This document shows positions 21,352 to 23,540 of a DNA stretch of 23,540 bases, one piece after another. The translations under genes were made by a program, and so were the position numbers. The number at the start of each line of letters is the position of its first letter. The first letter of the stretch is position 1. Source of the stretch: Tubiluchus corallicola (taxonomy: Eukaryota; Animalia; Priapulida); assembly GCA_030141605.1 (NCBI GenBank), contig JAQGDQ010001842.1, forward strand, positions 1 through 23,540, given 5' to 3'. The notes beneath the pieces were generated by a model that ran no database searches, was not told the origin of the DNA, and worked only from the letters and a program-made list of their open reading frames with translations.

Positions 21352-21556
21352 ACTTAAAACAGTTATAGCTTAAAACAACAAATTTATTAAAATTTTTACA
21401 TTAAAAAGTTGAAATCTTTCCAAACGTTTTGACAGGCTGCTGCTGTCATCATCAGTGGTAAATTTACAAACTTACAACAAACTATGTTTATATAGGTAGA
21501 ACCTACAATATAGAACATTATGCACTAATTAAGTAGTTAATAGACACCGTATAGGC
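21352..21556 (-). mobile_element. Penelope-like pLTR remnant, copy 2
   Basis: Same orientation and sequence blocks as 2671-2862, including TTATGCACTAATTAAGTAGTTAATAGA. Confidence 0.7.
21419..21459 (-). ncRNA. Minimal hammerhead ribozyme with mutated core (G12A), probably inactive
   Basis: ACCA-CUGAUGA-U-GACAG-cagcagc-CUGUC-AAAAC-GUU-UGGA: the GAAA core reads AAAA. Confidence 0.7.
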
Positions 21557-22115
21557 ACAAATATGGTCATTAATGCTGGATTGAGGAGAATTTTTTAATT
21601 TTTTGCCAGTTCTAGATGAAATATGCAAATTTTCACAAATTCTCACTTTAAAGTGTCTGGCTGTCGTTCTGATGATGCATGGATTTGAAAAGGGGCGGAT
21701 CTAGGTTCCAGAAGCTCAAAATTAATTTTACAATTAAAAATGTCACACAAAATTGAAATCCTGTCTATAAAAATTCTTCCACCAGTGACGTCACTATTTC
21801 TAGCACTACATATTTGTCACGATCCAGTCGTGGAAATAGCTGACACGTGCGTAGACACCAGGGTAGGTTGGACGGGCGCATCCGTAACCCCATGATACAA
21901 CACCAATCAGAAGGTTTTCTGTGTGACCTTTATCCTGTCTCAAGGCCAAAGGTCCACCAGAATCGCCCTAGAAACAACAGAAGTGTGTTAACTTTTCATG
22001 GCTAAAAAATAATAGTTGTGCAATTAATGAGTAATGTATTAATGCGCATTTTAGAGCAAATTGCAAAGAACTTTTGTACAGTGCACTTTGTTACCCGAAA
22101 TCCTGCAGGGTCTAC

Positions 22116-22514
22116 TTAAAGGAAAAGTCACCCCTTCTAGGAGGTTAGACTTATTTCAATGCTCGCGAAAAATGTAAGAAGAATTAAGTAATAAAACTGC
22201 AATAAGCGCCTCGTTTAACTGGTAAAATCATTTTAAAGTCGCGATCATTTCATGCTTGGACGCTCCCATTCTTCTTCCAATGACGTCATTTGTCCTGAAG
22301 AAAAGTAGCGCTCTGTCAAGCTTCGTCGAAAGTTTAACAAGTTTTTACAAAAAAATTAGGTAGCTAATTTTGGAATATTTTTGCATGAACATTAGGTAAG
22401 CTGTTGAAGTTTTAATTAGTTTAAGCAGCGCACTTACGGAAAACCACGATGCAGTTACGGAAAGCCGCGATGCGCTTACGGAATGCCACGATGCAGTTAC
22501 GGAAAGTCACGATG
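22116..22514 (+). mobile_element. Kolobok-like element left arm (TTAA|AGGAAAAGTCA) ending in about 21-bp tandem repeats
   Basis: Same 15-nt terminus as at 15451; body matches 10762-10968; TTACGGAAAGYCACGATGC x4 at 22434-22514. Confidence 0.55.
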
Positions 22515-22678
22515 CGCTAAAGTGGCGTTTATATAGCATGCGGATGCGGATGAGTTTTGGGGATGCGGAATTCTAAAATCGGTTTATATTATTTTCGACG
22601 CACCCTTTTATGCAGCCTGCGTTGTGCGTTATTATTTTTCTGCGGTATGTGCAAATTTCTTTGTTATATTTTTCTAAG

Positions 22679-23540
22679 TTTAAGTGATAACAGTGAAATA
22701 AACCCAACATACTGAGTGACTTGTTCTTTCCTTTAGCACACCACAAACAGTTTAAGTGATAACAGCAAAATAAACTCAGCATACTGAGTGACTTGTTCTT
22801 TCCTTTAGCACACCACAAACAGTTTAAGTGATAACAGTAAAATAAACCCAACATACTGAGTGAATTGTTCTTTCCTTTAACACACCACAAACAGTTTAAG
22901 TGATAACAGTAAAATAAACCCAGCATACTGAGTGACTTGTTCTTTCCTTTAGCACACCACAAACAGTTTAAGTGATAACAGTAAAATAAACCCAACATAC
23001 TGAGTGACTTGTTCTTTCCTTTAGCACACCACAAACAGTTTAAGTGATAACAGTAAAATAAACCCAACATACTGAGTGACTTGTTCTTTCCTTTAGCACA
23101 CCACAAACAGTTTAAGTGATAACAGTGAAATAAACCCAACATACTGAGTGACTTGTTCTTTCCTTTAGCACACCACAAACAGTTTAAGTGATAACAGCAA
23201 AATAAACTCAGCATACTGAGTGACTTGTTCTTTCCTTTAGCACACCACAAACAGTTTAAGTGATAACAGTAAAATAAACCCAACATACTGAGTGAATTGT
23301 TCTTTCCTTTAGCACATCACAAACAGTTTAAGTGATAACAGTAAAATAAACCCAGCATACTGAGTGACTTGTTCTTTCCTTTAGCACATCACAAACAGTT
23401 TAAGTGATAACAGTAAAATAAACCCAGCATACTGAGTGACTTGTTCTTTCCTTTAGCACACCACAAACAGTTTAAGTGATAACAGTAAAATAAACCCAAC
23501 ATACTGAGTGACTTGTTCTTTCCTTTAGCACACCACAAAG
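22679..23540. repeat. 72-bp satellite, 12 copies to the window end
   Basis: Unit TTTAAGTGATAACAGTAAAATAAACCCAACATACTGAGTGACTTGTTCTTTCCTTTAGCACACCACAAACAG. Confidence 0.98.

Noticed and set aside
22573-23286. 24-aa Cys/His repeat ORF resembling a zinc finger
   Set aside because: Translation of the 72-bp satellite; upstream units carry a TGG-to-TGA change.

Overview
AT-rich, repeat-dense eukaryotic DNA, most likely from an invertebrate animal (inferred from the 5S sequence and the repeat classes present). One convincing protein-coding gene is present: a minus-strand ORF with no intron in its coding region (ATG 10254 to stop 8761, 497 aa). It encodes a signal peptide, two copies of a 24-Cys cassette (WAP, 4-Cys thyroglobulin type-1, antistasin-like, 6-Cys module), a Thr-rich stalk and a probable GPI-anchor signal. 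An 87-bp tandem repeat in its putative 3' UTR multiplies AATAAA signals. The rest is transposon-derived or tandem DNA: two related solo LTRs with 5-bp TSDs, two Penelope-type repeats with minimal hammerhead ribozymes (one with an intact core, one mutated), and a complete 5S-rRNA-headed SINE with an RTE-LINE-derived tail and a perfect 12-bp TSD. There are also three decayed non-LTR reverse transcriptase fragments, Kolobok-like TTAA-ended repeats, and mini/microsatellites with 23, 54, 57/77, 72 and 87 bp units plus 2-5 bp repeats. Most other ORFs in the track are repeat artefacts. Family names come from motif recognition by eye, not from database searches.
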